Shown here: positions 9,791 to 17,869 of the stretch, piece by piece
Layout: each line of letters begins with the position of its first letter
Numbering within the stretch: the stretch's first letter is position 1
Source: Polyangiales bacterium
GTDB taxonomy: Bacteria; Myxococcota_A; Polyangia; Polyangiales; Polyangiaceae
DNA: 64,000 nt
NCBI GenBank assembly: GCA_038230375.1
Contig: JBBRNJ010000009.1
Coordinates: forward strand, 1-64,000
Reading direction: 5' to 3'
Position numbers and translations under genes: made by a program
Notes under the pieces: model-generated
Seen by the model: only the letters and a program-made list of their open reading frames with translations
What the model was told of the DNA's origin: nothing
The model's database searches: none

Positions 9791-10255
9791 ATGAACGCAC
9801 GTCCGCTCGCATTCGCCATCGCTCTCGCCACCTGCGCCCTTGGCACCAGCATCGCGTCACCCGCCGACGCCTGCGGTCAGGTCACCACCGCCGACCGCGT
9901 GGAGTGGGTCCTCTCGGATCACTTCGCCGCGCTCAACGCGCATGACCGCACGCGCCTCCTTGCGCTCTGGAACGAGAACGCGACCGTCGTGTCCGTGGGT
10001 GAGCCGACGCTTGTCGAGCCCATCGATCGCGCCGCCACGCGATGGCTCACGGCCAAGAAGCCCGTGACGTTCGAGATCGCTGGCATCGACGCCGGCGATC
10101 ACACCGCCACCGCGCACGTGAACGTGGTCTTCGACGGCAAGAAGCTTTCGGACACCGTCCTGTTCAAGGAGACCACCAAGGGCACCTGGCAGATCGCTGG
10201 CAAGAGCTCGCGCGCGGTCGGCCCCGCGAACAGCGTCGCGGCGCTCCGTTACTGA
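9791..10255 (+). CDS. secreted NTF2/SnoaL-like protein
   Basis: Signal peptide; HFAALNAHD...W...ATV and GTWQI NTF2-like pattern; alternative start 9749. Confidence 0.7.
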   Translation: MNARPLAFAIALATCALGTSIASPADACGQVTTADRVEWVLSDHFAALNAHDRTRLLALWNENATVVSVGEPTLVEPIDRAATRWLTAKKPVTFEIAGIDAGDHTATAHVNVVFDGKKLSDTVLFKETTKGTWQIAGKSSRAVGPANSVAALRY

Positions 10256-11115
10256 TCTTGCTTCGCGGCTTGGTCTTTGTCGTCCGCGTTCGTCATGAGG
10301 AGCCGCTCGATGCTCGCGTCCAGGCGGCTCTCGGCGAGCGCGTGCAGGCTCGCGAGCTCGTCGGCGCGCACGCCCAGTGTTTTTCCGAGGGCGGCGCGCG
10401 TCCGCTCCAGCACCGCGTCGCGCGCGTCCTTCAACCACCGCACGATCGAGGCACGATGAACTCCGTGAACCGTTGCCAGCTGCTCCAGCGTCACACCACC
10501 GAGCAGATGCATTCGCAGCAGGTTGCGCTCCTTCGGCTCGAGCGTGGCCACGGCATCCGCGAATGCGGCACGAAACGCCGCGCGGTACTTCGCCTTCAGC
10601 GCCTCGAGGCCAGGCTCCATGGGTCCAGCAAGGTCCATCTCGCTGTCCTCGTCAGGCCGCCCCTCCTCGCGGCGTCCGCGCCGGATGAGCGTGAGCGCCT
10701 CCCTGGTCGCGACCACCTGCACCAGGCCCGCCATGCGGCCCTGCCCCGCGTATTCCTCGATGCGCGCCGCGCCGTTCGGCTCGCGGACGAGGAGCTTCGC
10801 GCGTACCAGCTGCTTCACTTCGTCGAGCTCCGCGTCACCAAGGCGCATGCGCGCGAGCGTGGTGTCGAGCGGCGCGATGTATCGCTGCTCGAACACGCGC
10901 ACCGCCGCCGCGTCTCCCGAGCCGATCGCACAGGCAAGCCACAGCTCGGAGACGCGAGCGCGCATGGCCTCTCTGTCGACGTCCGATGGCGCCGGCGCCG
11001 CGAGGAGCACCTTGCCGACCTCGTGGCGCTCGAGCCACGCGCCGAATGTCGCGCGCGCGAATCGCACGGTGGGCAAGGCCTCCTCTGCAAGGCTGGAAAG
11101 CGCGTCGAGCTCCAT
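10249..11115 (-). CDS. ECF sigma-70 factor, Myxococcales type
   Basis: ELWLACA..GD..A, LLV...RI..YAGQG, region 4 ERNLLRMH..GVTLEQLATVHGVHRASIVRW. Confidence 0.85.
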   Translation of the reverse strand: MELDALSSLAEEALPTVRFARATFGAWLERHEVGKVLLAAPAPSDVDREAMRARVSELWLACAIGSGDAAAVRVFEQRYIAPLDTTLARMRLGDAELDEVKQLVRAKLLVREPNGAARIEEYAGQGRMAGLVQVVATREALTLIRRGRREEGRPDEDSEMDLAGPMEPGLEALKAKYRAAFRAAFADAVATLEPKERNLLRMHLLGGVTLEQLATVHGVHRASIVRWLKDARDAVLERTRAALGKTLGVRADELASLHALAESRLDASIERLLMTNADDKDQAAKQDQ

Positions 11116-11174
11116 GGCGAAGGCCAAGATACACCGAGCCCCGCCGGCGGGATAACGTGGAAGGCGCGGCGAAC

Positions 11175-13793
11175 ATGATCCTGCATTGCCTCGACGACGC
11201 CACCATCGACGACTACCTGCACGCGCGTCTGTCCGAAGGCGCGCGCGCCGCGGCTGATGCACATGTTGATGCGTGCGCGGACTGCAGCGCGATCGTGAGC
11301 GTACTTGCGGGCGGAGGGCTTGCCTCGCCCAGCTCCGCCGTGGATGCGCAGGAAGCGGAGCTGCCAGAGGGCACGCTCGTGGGACGGCATGTGATCGTGG
11401 AGCGCCTTGGGGAAGGCGCCATGGGCATCGTCTACCTTGCGAACGATCCAGAGCTGGATCGCAAGGTGGCGCTCAAGCTCCTGCGGCCGGGCAGCGCGCA
11501 AGGTGCAGGCGAGCGGATGCAGCGCGAGGCGCAGGCCATGGCGAAGGTCACGCACCCGAACGTGGTCACCGTGCACGACGTGGGTCGCTTCCGCGGCGCC
11601 GTCTACCTTGCGATGGAGTTCGTGGATGGTCGCACGCTCCGCGCGTGGTGCGCCGATGAGCGAGGCGTCGACGAGCGAGTCGCCATGTTGGTCGCTGCAG
11701 GTCGCGGGCTCGCGGCCGCACATGCCGCGGGCCTCGTTCACCGGGATTTCAAGCCTGAAAACGTTCTTGTCGGCAGCGATCTCCGCGTGCGCGTGACGGA
11801 CTTCGGCCTCGCGTCCCTCGGAGATCCTGTCGCGGGCGCGGAGACCAAGGATGGTGATGTCGTCGGGATGGAGCACGCCGCGCCGCTGGTGACGCTCACG
11901 CGCACGGGCGCGCTCCTCGGAACGCCCGCATACATGGCGCCGGAGCTGTGGCGCGCGGAAGAGGCCACACCGGCGAGCGATCAGTTCGCGTTCGGCGTGA
12001 CGCTCTACGAGGTGTTGCTGGGAGAGCGACCATTCAAGGGAGCGACGGCGGCCGAGCTGCGCGCGGCGATCGAGCGCGGGCCCAGCATCCCCGATGACGT
12101 GCCAGGGAAGTCGGGGCCCGCGAGGCGCAGGCTTCGTAGAGTCCTCGCGCGCGCGCTCTCCGCACGGCCAGGAGATCGCTACGCGACGCTGGACGCGCTG
12201 CTCGCGGAGCTGGCACCAGCGCCCGTGCGTTCCCGACGTTCGCCCGCGTGGCTTGCGCTTCCGTTCGCGCTCGCGTTGTTGGGCGCAGGGGGGACCGCGC
12301 TCTTCTCGCGGGGCTCGGTGCACACGGATCCGTGCGGCGCGGGTACGCAGCTCTCCGCGGCAGTGATGGACCCCGATCGCGAGGCGCGCATCCACACGGC
12401 GTTCACCGCGAATGGAGCCACGTGGGCCGCAGTCGTTGCCGACCGCGCCGTGGCGGCGTTGGATGTATACCGCACGCAATGGGCAGCAGCGCATCGCGCG
12501 ACCTGCGAGGCGACAGAGGTGCGGCACGAGCAATCCGCCGCGCTTCTGGATGCGCGCATGCATTGCCTTCATCGCGGTCTGGACCAGGCAACGGCGCTCT
12601 CCGCGCGGTTCGAGAACCCCGATGCGGAGACCGTTCTGCATGCCCCGGAGGCAGTGTCCTCGTTGCCGCCCCTCGCCGCATGCTCGGACACGGCGACCCT
12701 GGGCGCCATGGAGAGTCGCCCGCCTGGGGAGAAGGGTGTGGCGCTCACCCAGCTGGAGGCGCGGCTTGCCACCGCACACGTCGCGGCGGTCGCGGGCGTG
12801 AGCTCGGCGGCGGCGGTCGGGGACGCTCGCGGCATCGCCGACGCGGCCACCGACATCGGCTATCGGCCTGCGATCGCGGAGGCGCGTCTACTCCTTGCCA
12901 CGCTCCTGCGACGCAGCGGCGACTTCATGCTCGCCTCCAAGGAGGCGGACGCTGCGCTGGTCGCAGCAGAGGCTTCGCACGACGATCGCGAGGCCGCGCT
13001 GGTGTGGCTCGAGCTGCTGGCGGTTCGCGGGGAGGCTGGGCACTTCGCGGATGCGATCGCAGCGGAGGCGCCTGCAACTGCGGCCATCGCGCGGATCGGC
13101 TCGCCACCAGATCTGGAGGCATCGCTCCACTTCGAGCTGGGCGTGGCCAGGACGAACCTGACCAGAGCCGAGTACGAGAACGCTGCGCGTGATCTGAACG
13201 CGAGCTTCCTGGCGCGAGAGCGGCTGTTCGGGGAGAAGAATCTCGACGTGGCACGAACGCTCACTGCGCTGGGCAATCTAGGGCGCGTCCAGGGCGATCT
13301 CGAGGGCGCGCTTGCGATCCACCAGCACGCGCTCGCGATCGACACAGAGCTGCTCGGCGCGGAGCACCCCGGGCTTGCGCGCGATCACCACAACATCGGC
13401 GGCATACTGCGCATGCAGGGCAAGCTGGATGAGGCGCAGGCGGCGTACGAGCGCGCGCTTGTCCTTTCGGTACGCGGGCCCGGTCCGCGGAGCCTTGCGG
13501 CGGGGCGCACGGAGAACAGCCTTGGTCTCGTCGCGATGGCGAAGGATGATCTGCCATCGGCGCGCGCCCACTTCGAGCGCGCGAAGGACATCCTGGCCGG
13601 GCATCCCGATCAGACGCTCGCGACCTCCAATCTGGAGCTCCTCGGTGCGGCTGAACAGAAGCGCGCGCCACGTCCTTCGACATCGGCTCGGCCGCGTCCC
13701 GCTGCCTATGCGGCGCCTCGTCCGTCGGGGTCCGCGGCGCCAGCGCAGGGCAGCTACGGTCCTGCGCAGACGTTCGACACGGAACGTCGTTGA
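11175..13793 (+). CDS. Ser/Thr kinase with N-terminal zinc anti-sigma motif, TM segment and TPR repeats
   Basis: HVDACADC; GEGAMG, HRDFKPEN, DFGLA, GTPAYMAPE; TPR helices. Confidence 0.92.
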   Translation: MILHCLDDATIDDYLHARLSEGARAAADAHVDACADCSAIVSVLAGGGLASPSSAVDAQEAELPEGTLVGRHVIVERLGEGAMGIVYLANDPELDRKVALKLLRPGSAQGAGERMQREAQAMAKVTHPNVVTVHDVGRFRGAVYLAMEFVDGRTLRAWCADERGVDERVAMLVAAGRGLAAAHAAGLVHRDFKPENVLVGSDLRVRVTDFGLASLGDPVAGAETKDGDVVGMEHAAPLVTLTRTGALLGTPAYMAPELWRAEEATPASDQFAFGVTLYEVLLGERPFKGATAAELRAAIERGPSIPDDVPGKSGPARRRLRRVLARALSARPGDRYATLDALLAELAPAPVRSRRSPAWLALPFALALLGAGGTALFSRGSVHTDPCGAGTQLSAAVMDPDREARIHTAFTANGATWAAVVADRAVAALDVYRTQWAAAHRATCEATEVRHEQSAALLDARMHCLHRGLDQATALSARFENPDAETVLHAPEAVSSLPPLAACSDTATLGAMESRPPGEKGVALTQLEARLATAHVAAVAGVSSAAAVGDARGIADAATDIGYRPAIAEARLLLATLLRRSGDFMLASKEADAALVAAEASHDDREAALVWLELLAVRGEAGHFADAIAAEAPATAAIARIGSPPDLEASLHFELGVARTNLTRAEYENAARDLNASFLARERLFGEKNLDVARTLTALGNLGRVQGDLEGALAIHQHALAIDTELLGAEHPGLARDHHNIGGILRMQGKLDEAQAAYERALVLSVRGPGPRSLAAGRTENSLGLVAMAKDDLPSARAHFERAKDILAGHPDQTLATSNLELLGAAEQKRAPRPSTSARPRPAAYAAPRPSGSAAPAQGSYGPAQTFDTERR

Positions 13794-13809
13794 AGCTCCT
13801 CGAGGTCGC

Positions 13810-14757
13810 TCAGCCGAGCGTGGAGTCGTCGTAGCAGAACGGCTCGGCCGAGAACGGCAGCGTGGCGATGCGAGCGAGCTCCTTCGCGCTGCGCGGCGAC
13901 GCGTCTGGCACGATGCCGAGCCCCTTCGCGAGCACGCCAAGGATTGCCTCTGCGCGCACTCCAGCCGCGCGCAGCTCGCGCACCACCGCGCGTGAGTCGC
14001 GCTTGGCGAGCCGCTCACCGTCCTTGCCGAGCACCAGCGGCACGTGCGTGTAGCGCGGGATCTCCTCGCCGCGCGCGCCCAGCAGATGCATGAGCAAGAT
14101 CTGGCGCGCGGTGGACGACAGGAGATCGCGACCGCGAACGACGTCGGTGATCTTCATCGCCAGGTCGTCGAGGCTGACGGCCAGGTGGTACGCGTAGAGT
14201 CCATCGCCGCGCTGCAGGACGAAGTCACCGCACTGCGTGGACACGTTGGACGTGACGAGACCGACGCCTCCGTCCTCGAACGTCACCATCGAGTCATCCG
14301 GGATGCGGAGCCGCAGCGCGGGCGGTCGCTTCATCGCGCGGTCGCGCGGCAAATCCCTGCACGTGCCTGGATAGACCAGCTCGTCACCATGCGGCGCGGA
14401 GGCCTCCGTCGTGCGCGCGGCGATCTCTGCACGGGAGCAGTCGCACGGATACACCATGGCCCTGGCCTGCAACGTCTCGATCGCGCGCGCGTACGAATCA
14501 GTGCGTGCAGACTGCATATATGGCAGGTATGCGCCTCCTGCATCCGGTCCCTCGTCCCAGCCAAGGCCCAGCCAGAGGAGGTCCTCCACGATGCGCGCCG
14601 CTGCGCCACGCACCACGCGCGGCGTGTCGATGTCCTCCACGCGCAGCACGTTCACGCCGCCCACGCGCGCAGCCGTGATGAACGACGCGAGCGCAGTCGA
14701 CGCACTACCGACGTGAAGATCGCCGGTGGGAGATGGAGCGAACCGCGCGCGGATCAA
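13810..14757 (-). CDS. gluQ: glutamyl-Q tRNA(Asp) synthetase
   Basis: RFAPSPTGDLHVG, CDCSR, YPGTC, RLAKR; 315 aa with no anticodon-binding domain. Confidence 0.9.
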   Translation of the reverse strand: MIRARFAPSPTGDLHVGSASTALASFITAARVGGVNVLRVEDIDTPRVVRGAAARIVEDLLWLGLGWDEGPDAGGAYLPYMQSARTDSYARAIETLQARAMVYPCDCSRAEIAARTTEASAPHGDELVYPGTCRDLPRDRAMKRPPALRLRIPDDSMVTFEDGGVGLVTSNVSTQCGDFVLQRGDGLYAYHLAVSLDDLAMKITDVVRGRDLLSSTARQILLMHLLGARGEEIPRYTHVPLVLGKDGERLAKRDSRAVVRELRAAGVRAEAILGVLAKGLGIVPDASPRSAKELARIATLPFSAEPFCYDDSTLG

Positions 14758-14834
14758 CCCGATGATCCTATCCGAGCCCGGAGCAACGTGGCGGCCTACA
14801 CGGGCTCCACCAATCTGCTACGTTTCGCCCCGTC

Positions 14835-15659
14835 ATGAATGTGAATCCCTACGTCGCCCCGAGCGCTCCCGAACCTCCCCCCGGCCCCGAGCTCGGTGCC
14901 GCCACCGGACAGCCGATACACTGGGAGATCGGCGAGGTGATCAACCAGGCCTGGACGCTCTTCAAGCCCAACTGGGGCCCGCTCGTCGGTTCGCTCTTCG
15001 TGGGGCAGATGGTCGGCGGCGTCCTTCGCCTGCCGCCTCAGATGATGATCTCCACGGGCCAGGTGACGCCCCACGACGACGCATACTGGCCGCTCCTCGG
15101 CGTGAGCACGCTCGTCGGCATCATCGTGCAGACGTTCTTCCAGGTGGGCTGGATGAAGATGTGGCTCGATACCGCGCGCGGGCGCACGCCCAACTTCGCG
15201 GATGCGTTCGGCGGCTTGAAGCGCTTCATGCCCATGCTCGGCGTGGTGGCGCTCTCCACGCTCGCGATCCTCTCCGGCACGTTGCTCCTCATCGTTCCGG
15301 GCGTCATCCTTGGCATCGGCTTCATGTTCGCGGGCTGGTTCGTCGTGGACAAGAACATGGGCGCCATCGACGCCATGAAGGCCAGCTGGAGTGCCACTGC
15401 CGGGCAGCGCGGAAAGCTCTTCGGCTTCGGCATCGCGCTCATGGGCGTCGTGATGCTCGGATACTTCGCCTGCTGCATCGGCGTCATGGCAGCCGTGCCG
15501 GTCGCGCAGCTCGCCACGGGGATCGTGTATCTCCGTGTCACGGGGCAACCCTCGTTCGATCCGAGCATGCCAGACCAGTACACGGCGCCTCCTGGCGGCT
15601 ACGGGGGTCCTCCTCCCGGTGGCTACGGTCCTCCGCCGCCAGGTGGCTTCGGCTCCTGA
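14835..15659 (+). CDS. membrane protein with Pro/Gly-rich tail
   Basis: NPYVAP start, several TM segments, AMKASW motif, PPGGYG repeats. Confidence 0.8.
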   Translation: MNVNPYVAPSAPEPPPGPELGAATGQPIHWEIGEVINQAWTLFKPNWGPLVGSLFVGQMVGGVLRLPPQMMISTGQVTPHDDAYWPLLGVSTLVGIIVQTFFQVGWMKMWLDTARGRTPNFADAFGGLKRFMPMLGVVALSTLAILSGTLLLIVPGVILGIGFMFAGWFVVDKNMGAIDAMKASWSATAGQRGKLFGFGIALMGVVMLGYFACCIGVMAAVPVAQLATGIVYLRVTGQPSFDPSMPDQYTAPPGGYGGPPPGGYGPPPPGGFGS

Positions 15660-15676
15660 GGTCGCGGACCCAGAGG

Positions 15677-16324
15677 TTACGTCTCGACCACGCCCGCCAC
15701 GAAGCATCGCCGACAGCGCGCCTCGTATGCGGCCGCACCTCCGACGAAGAGCTGTCCCTCGCTCGCGACCAGGCGCTGCGAGCGACACGCGGCCGCGCCG
15801 CAGCGCGCGCACACCGCATGGAGCTTGGTGACGTACTCGGCGATGCTCATCAGGTTCGGCATGGGCCCGAACGGCAGACCGCGATAGTCCTGATCGAGCC
15901 CCGCGACGATCACACGCACGCCGCCATTCGCGAGCTCCTCCGTCGCTGCGATGATGTCGGCGTCGAAGAACTGCACCTCGTCGATGCCGACCACCTGCGT
16001 GTCCTCCACCCGCACCAGCGACATGAGCTCCTTCGCGGTGGTCACGGGGATCGCGTCGGCGTTGAGCCCCTCGTGGCTCACGACCTTGACGTCGTCGTAG
16101 CGATTGTCGATGCGCGGCTTGAAGAGCTGCACGCGCTGGCGAGCGAGCTTCGCGCGCTTGATGCGGCGCAAGAGCTCCTCGGTCTTTCCACTGAACATCG
16201 AGCCACAGACCACCTCGATACAACCCCGTCGCAGCCGATGGCTCTGCGGAGCCACGTCATCGACGAAGGGAAGGTGCTCGCCGTGCTGGGAACGGTCCGG
16301 ATCGGCCATCGGGGTCGAAGCCAT
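15677..16324 (-). CDS. tdk: thymidine kinase (type II)
   Basis: GSMFSGKT, IDEVQFF, AGLDQDY, CARCG, CRRC. Confidence 0.96.
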   Translation of the reverse strand: MASTPMADPDRSQHGEHLPFVDDVAPQSHRLRRGCIEVVCGSMFSGKTEELLRRIKRAKLARQRVQLFKPRIDNRYDDVKVVSHEGLNADAIPVTTAKELMSLVRVEDTQVVGIDEVQFFDADIIAATEELANGGVRVIVAGLDQDYRGLPFGPMPNLMSIAEYVTKLHAVCARCGAAACRSQRLVASEGQLFVGGAAAYEARCRRCFVAGVVET

Positions 16325-16544
16325 TAACCGAGCTGCGGAGCGGTGACAACGCGCAACGGTCCCCTTGCCCGTCAAAACCCGGTCCCGGAAGTGAGTTCTC
16401 CCAGATCTTTGAATTCACTAACAAATCTGTTCGCTGCCGTCTGCGCTACAGGGGACCACCTGTACACACGACAAGCTGCTACCTATTGCTGAACCAGAAC
16501 CAACGAGCTGTAGACGACCGGATCCCCGGTGCTAGATTGAGGAT

Positions 16545-16793
16545 GTGGACGTCATCCTGCGCAAGCTTGGAAAAGGGTCGCGTGCGGTAGCCGGACGTCT
16601 CGTACGAGCGCCCCGCAAAGGCTCGGTCGTCGTGATCGAGTTCCCCGATGGGATGCACGAATACGTGACGACCCCCGTGAAGAGGGTGCTTCGCATGGCA
16701 GGGCGTGAGGTCTTCTACATCGAGACCATCAACAGCCGCTATCGCCTCGAAGTGCGCAGCCGCGAAGACGCCGTCGCCGAAAACACGGGCTGA
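16545..16793 (+). CDS. small basic hypothetical protein
   Basis: 82 aa, beta-strand-like composition; TAGATT 6 nt upstream of GTG. Confidence 0.7.
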   Translation: MDVILRKLGKGSRAVAGRLVRAPRKGSVVVIEFPDGMHEYVTTPVKRVLRMAGREVFYIETINSRYRLEVRSREDAVAENTG

Positions 16794-16920
16794 AGGCCCA
16801 AGCCGGGCGGCGCGGCCCTCATGAGCAGGTCGGGCGGCTTGATTGGGTCGTCAGAACTGTACCTGTTGACCTTCTCCGCAATATGGAGAAGATGGCGCTC
16901 CTACGTTTCAAGGGAGCACC

Positions 16921-17076
16921 ATGGGTAAGTTCGATCGCCGCAACTCGCAGAAGATGAAGCGCCGCAAGGCGCAGACGAAGAAGAAGGAGCGCGTCGCGCG
17001 CGTCCGCACCGCCAGCAAGAAGGCGGCAGCGCCGGCCAAGAAGACGGCGAAGAAGTCGGCAGCCGCGAAGGCCTGA
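16921..17076 (+). CDS. 51 aa Lys/Arg/Ala-rich protein (not in ORF track)
   Basis: AAGGGAG RBS; MGKFDRRNSQKMKRRKAQTKKKERVARVRTASKKAAAPAKKTAKKSAAAKA; all Lys codons are AAG. Confidence 0.8.
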   Translation: MGKFDRRNSQKMKRRKAQTKKKERVARVRTASKKAAAPAKKTAKKSAAAKA

Positions 17077-17081
17077 CTCTC

Positions 17082-17813
17082 TTAGGGTGTGCCCGAGGCC
17101 GGGCGCCGGGCTGATTCTGCGGAATCGGTCCTTGGCGGCTCGGCCTTCGTGTTTTGTGCGTCGCTCTTCGCGGGAGCATCCATCTTCACGGCATCCGACT
17201 TCGCGGGCGCAGCTGCCGGCTTTGCGGGTTGCGCGTCCGTCTTTGCGCCGTTCGCGGGCTCGACCGGCGCCTCCATCTCCTCCGGCGAGGCCGTGGTGGG
17301 CTCAGCGCCCTCCTGACCCAGGCGAATCGTGGTGAAGCGACGCTTGTTCGTGGTGTGGCGCTCGGAGGTCGCTCTTGCTGCGTCCGCGTCGACGTGAGCG
17401 GGCTCGCTTGCCTCGCCGAGCAGGCCAAGATCGCCGTCGGTGCGCTCCTCGTTCGTGAGCTTCCAGGCGCCCTTGAAGTCCTTCCAGGACTGCTTGAGGA
17501 CTGTCTGGTGGAGATCGCCTTCGTCCACGCGATACCAGCCGATCTTGATCAAGACCTCGGCGTTCGAGTCGCCCTTCATCTTGAACGCCATCACCTCGGT
17601 GTCGGCGACCTGGATGCGACCGCCCCACTGCTTGCGGCGCTCGAAGAACTTCTCGCGCGACGCCTCGGATACGCGCTCCGCGACGAGCTCCATGCGCCCG
17701 AAGCGCTGGTTCGTGTTGAGCTCGTTGGCGGCTTCCTGCGCGCGCGCGGGCGGGGTCTGGCCCACGCACGCGGGAGCAAGAAGGAGGAATCCGAAGAGTA
17801 TGGCAGCGCGCAT
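17082..17813 (-). CDS. lipoprotein, hypothetical
   Basis: MRAAILFGFLLLAPAC lipobox; NTF2-like core; PAK-rich tail. Confidence 0.75.
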   Translation of the reverse strand: MRAAILFGFLLLAPACVGQTPPARAQEAANELNTNQRFGRMELVAERVSEASREKFFERRKQWGGRIQVADTEVMAFKMKGDSNAEVLIKIGWYRVDEGDLHQTVLKQSWKDFKGAWKLTNEERTDGDLGLLGEASEPAHVDADAARATSERHTTNKRRFTTIRLGQEGAEPTTASPEEMEAPVEPANGAKTDAQPAKPAAAPAKSDAVKMDAPAKSDAQNTKAEPPRTDSAESARRPASGTP

Positions 17814-17869
17814 GGTGGAGACGACCCTCCCAGAGTGGCAGCGGCTGGGCCAAATTTCTCGCGACGAAA

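Noticed and set aside
10815..12779. 654 aa minus ORF and many other Arg/Ala-rich overlapping ORFs
   Set aside because: Stop-poor alternative frames overlapping motif-bearing genes
13810..14757. Truncated gltX pseudogene
   Set aside because: Length and motifs fit intact GluQ
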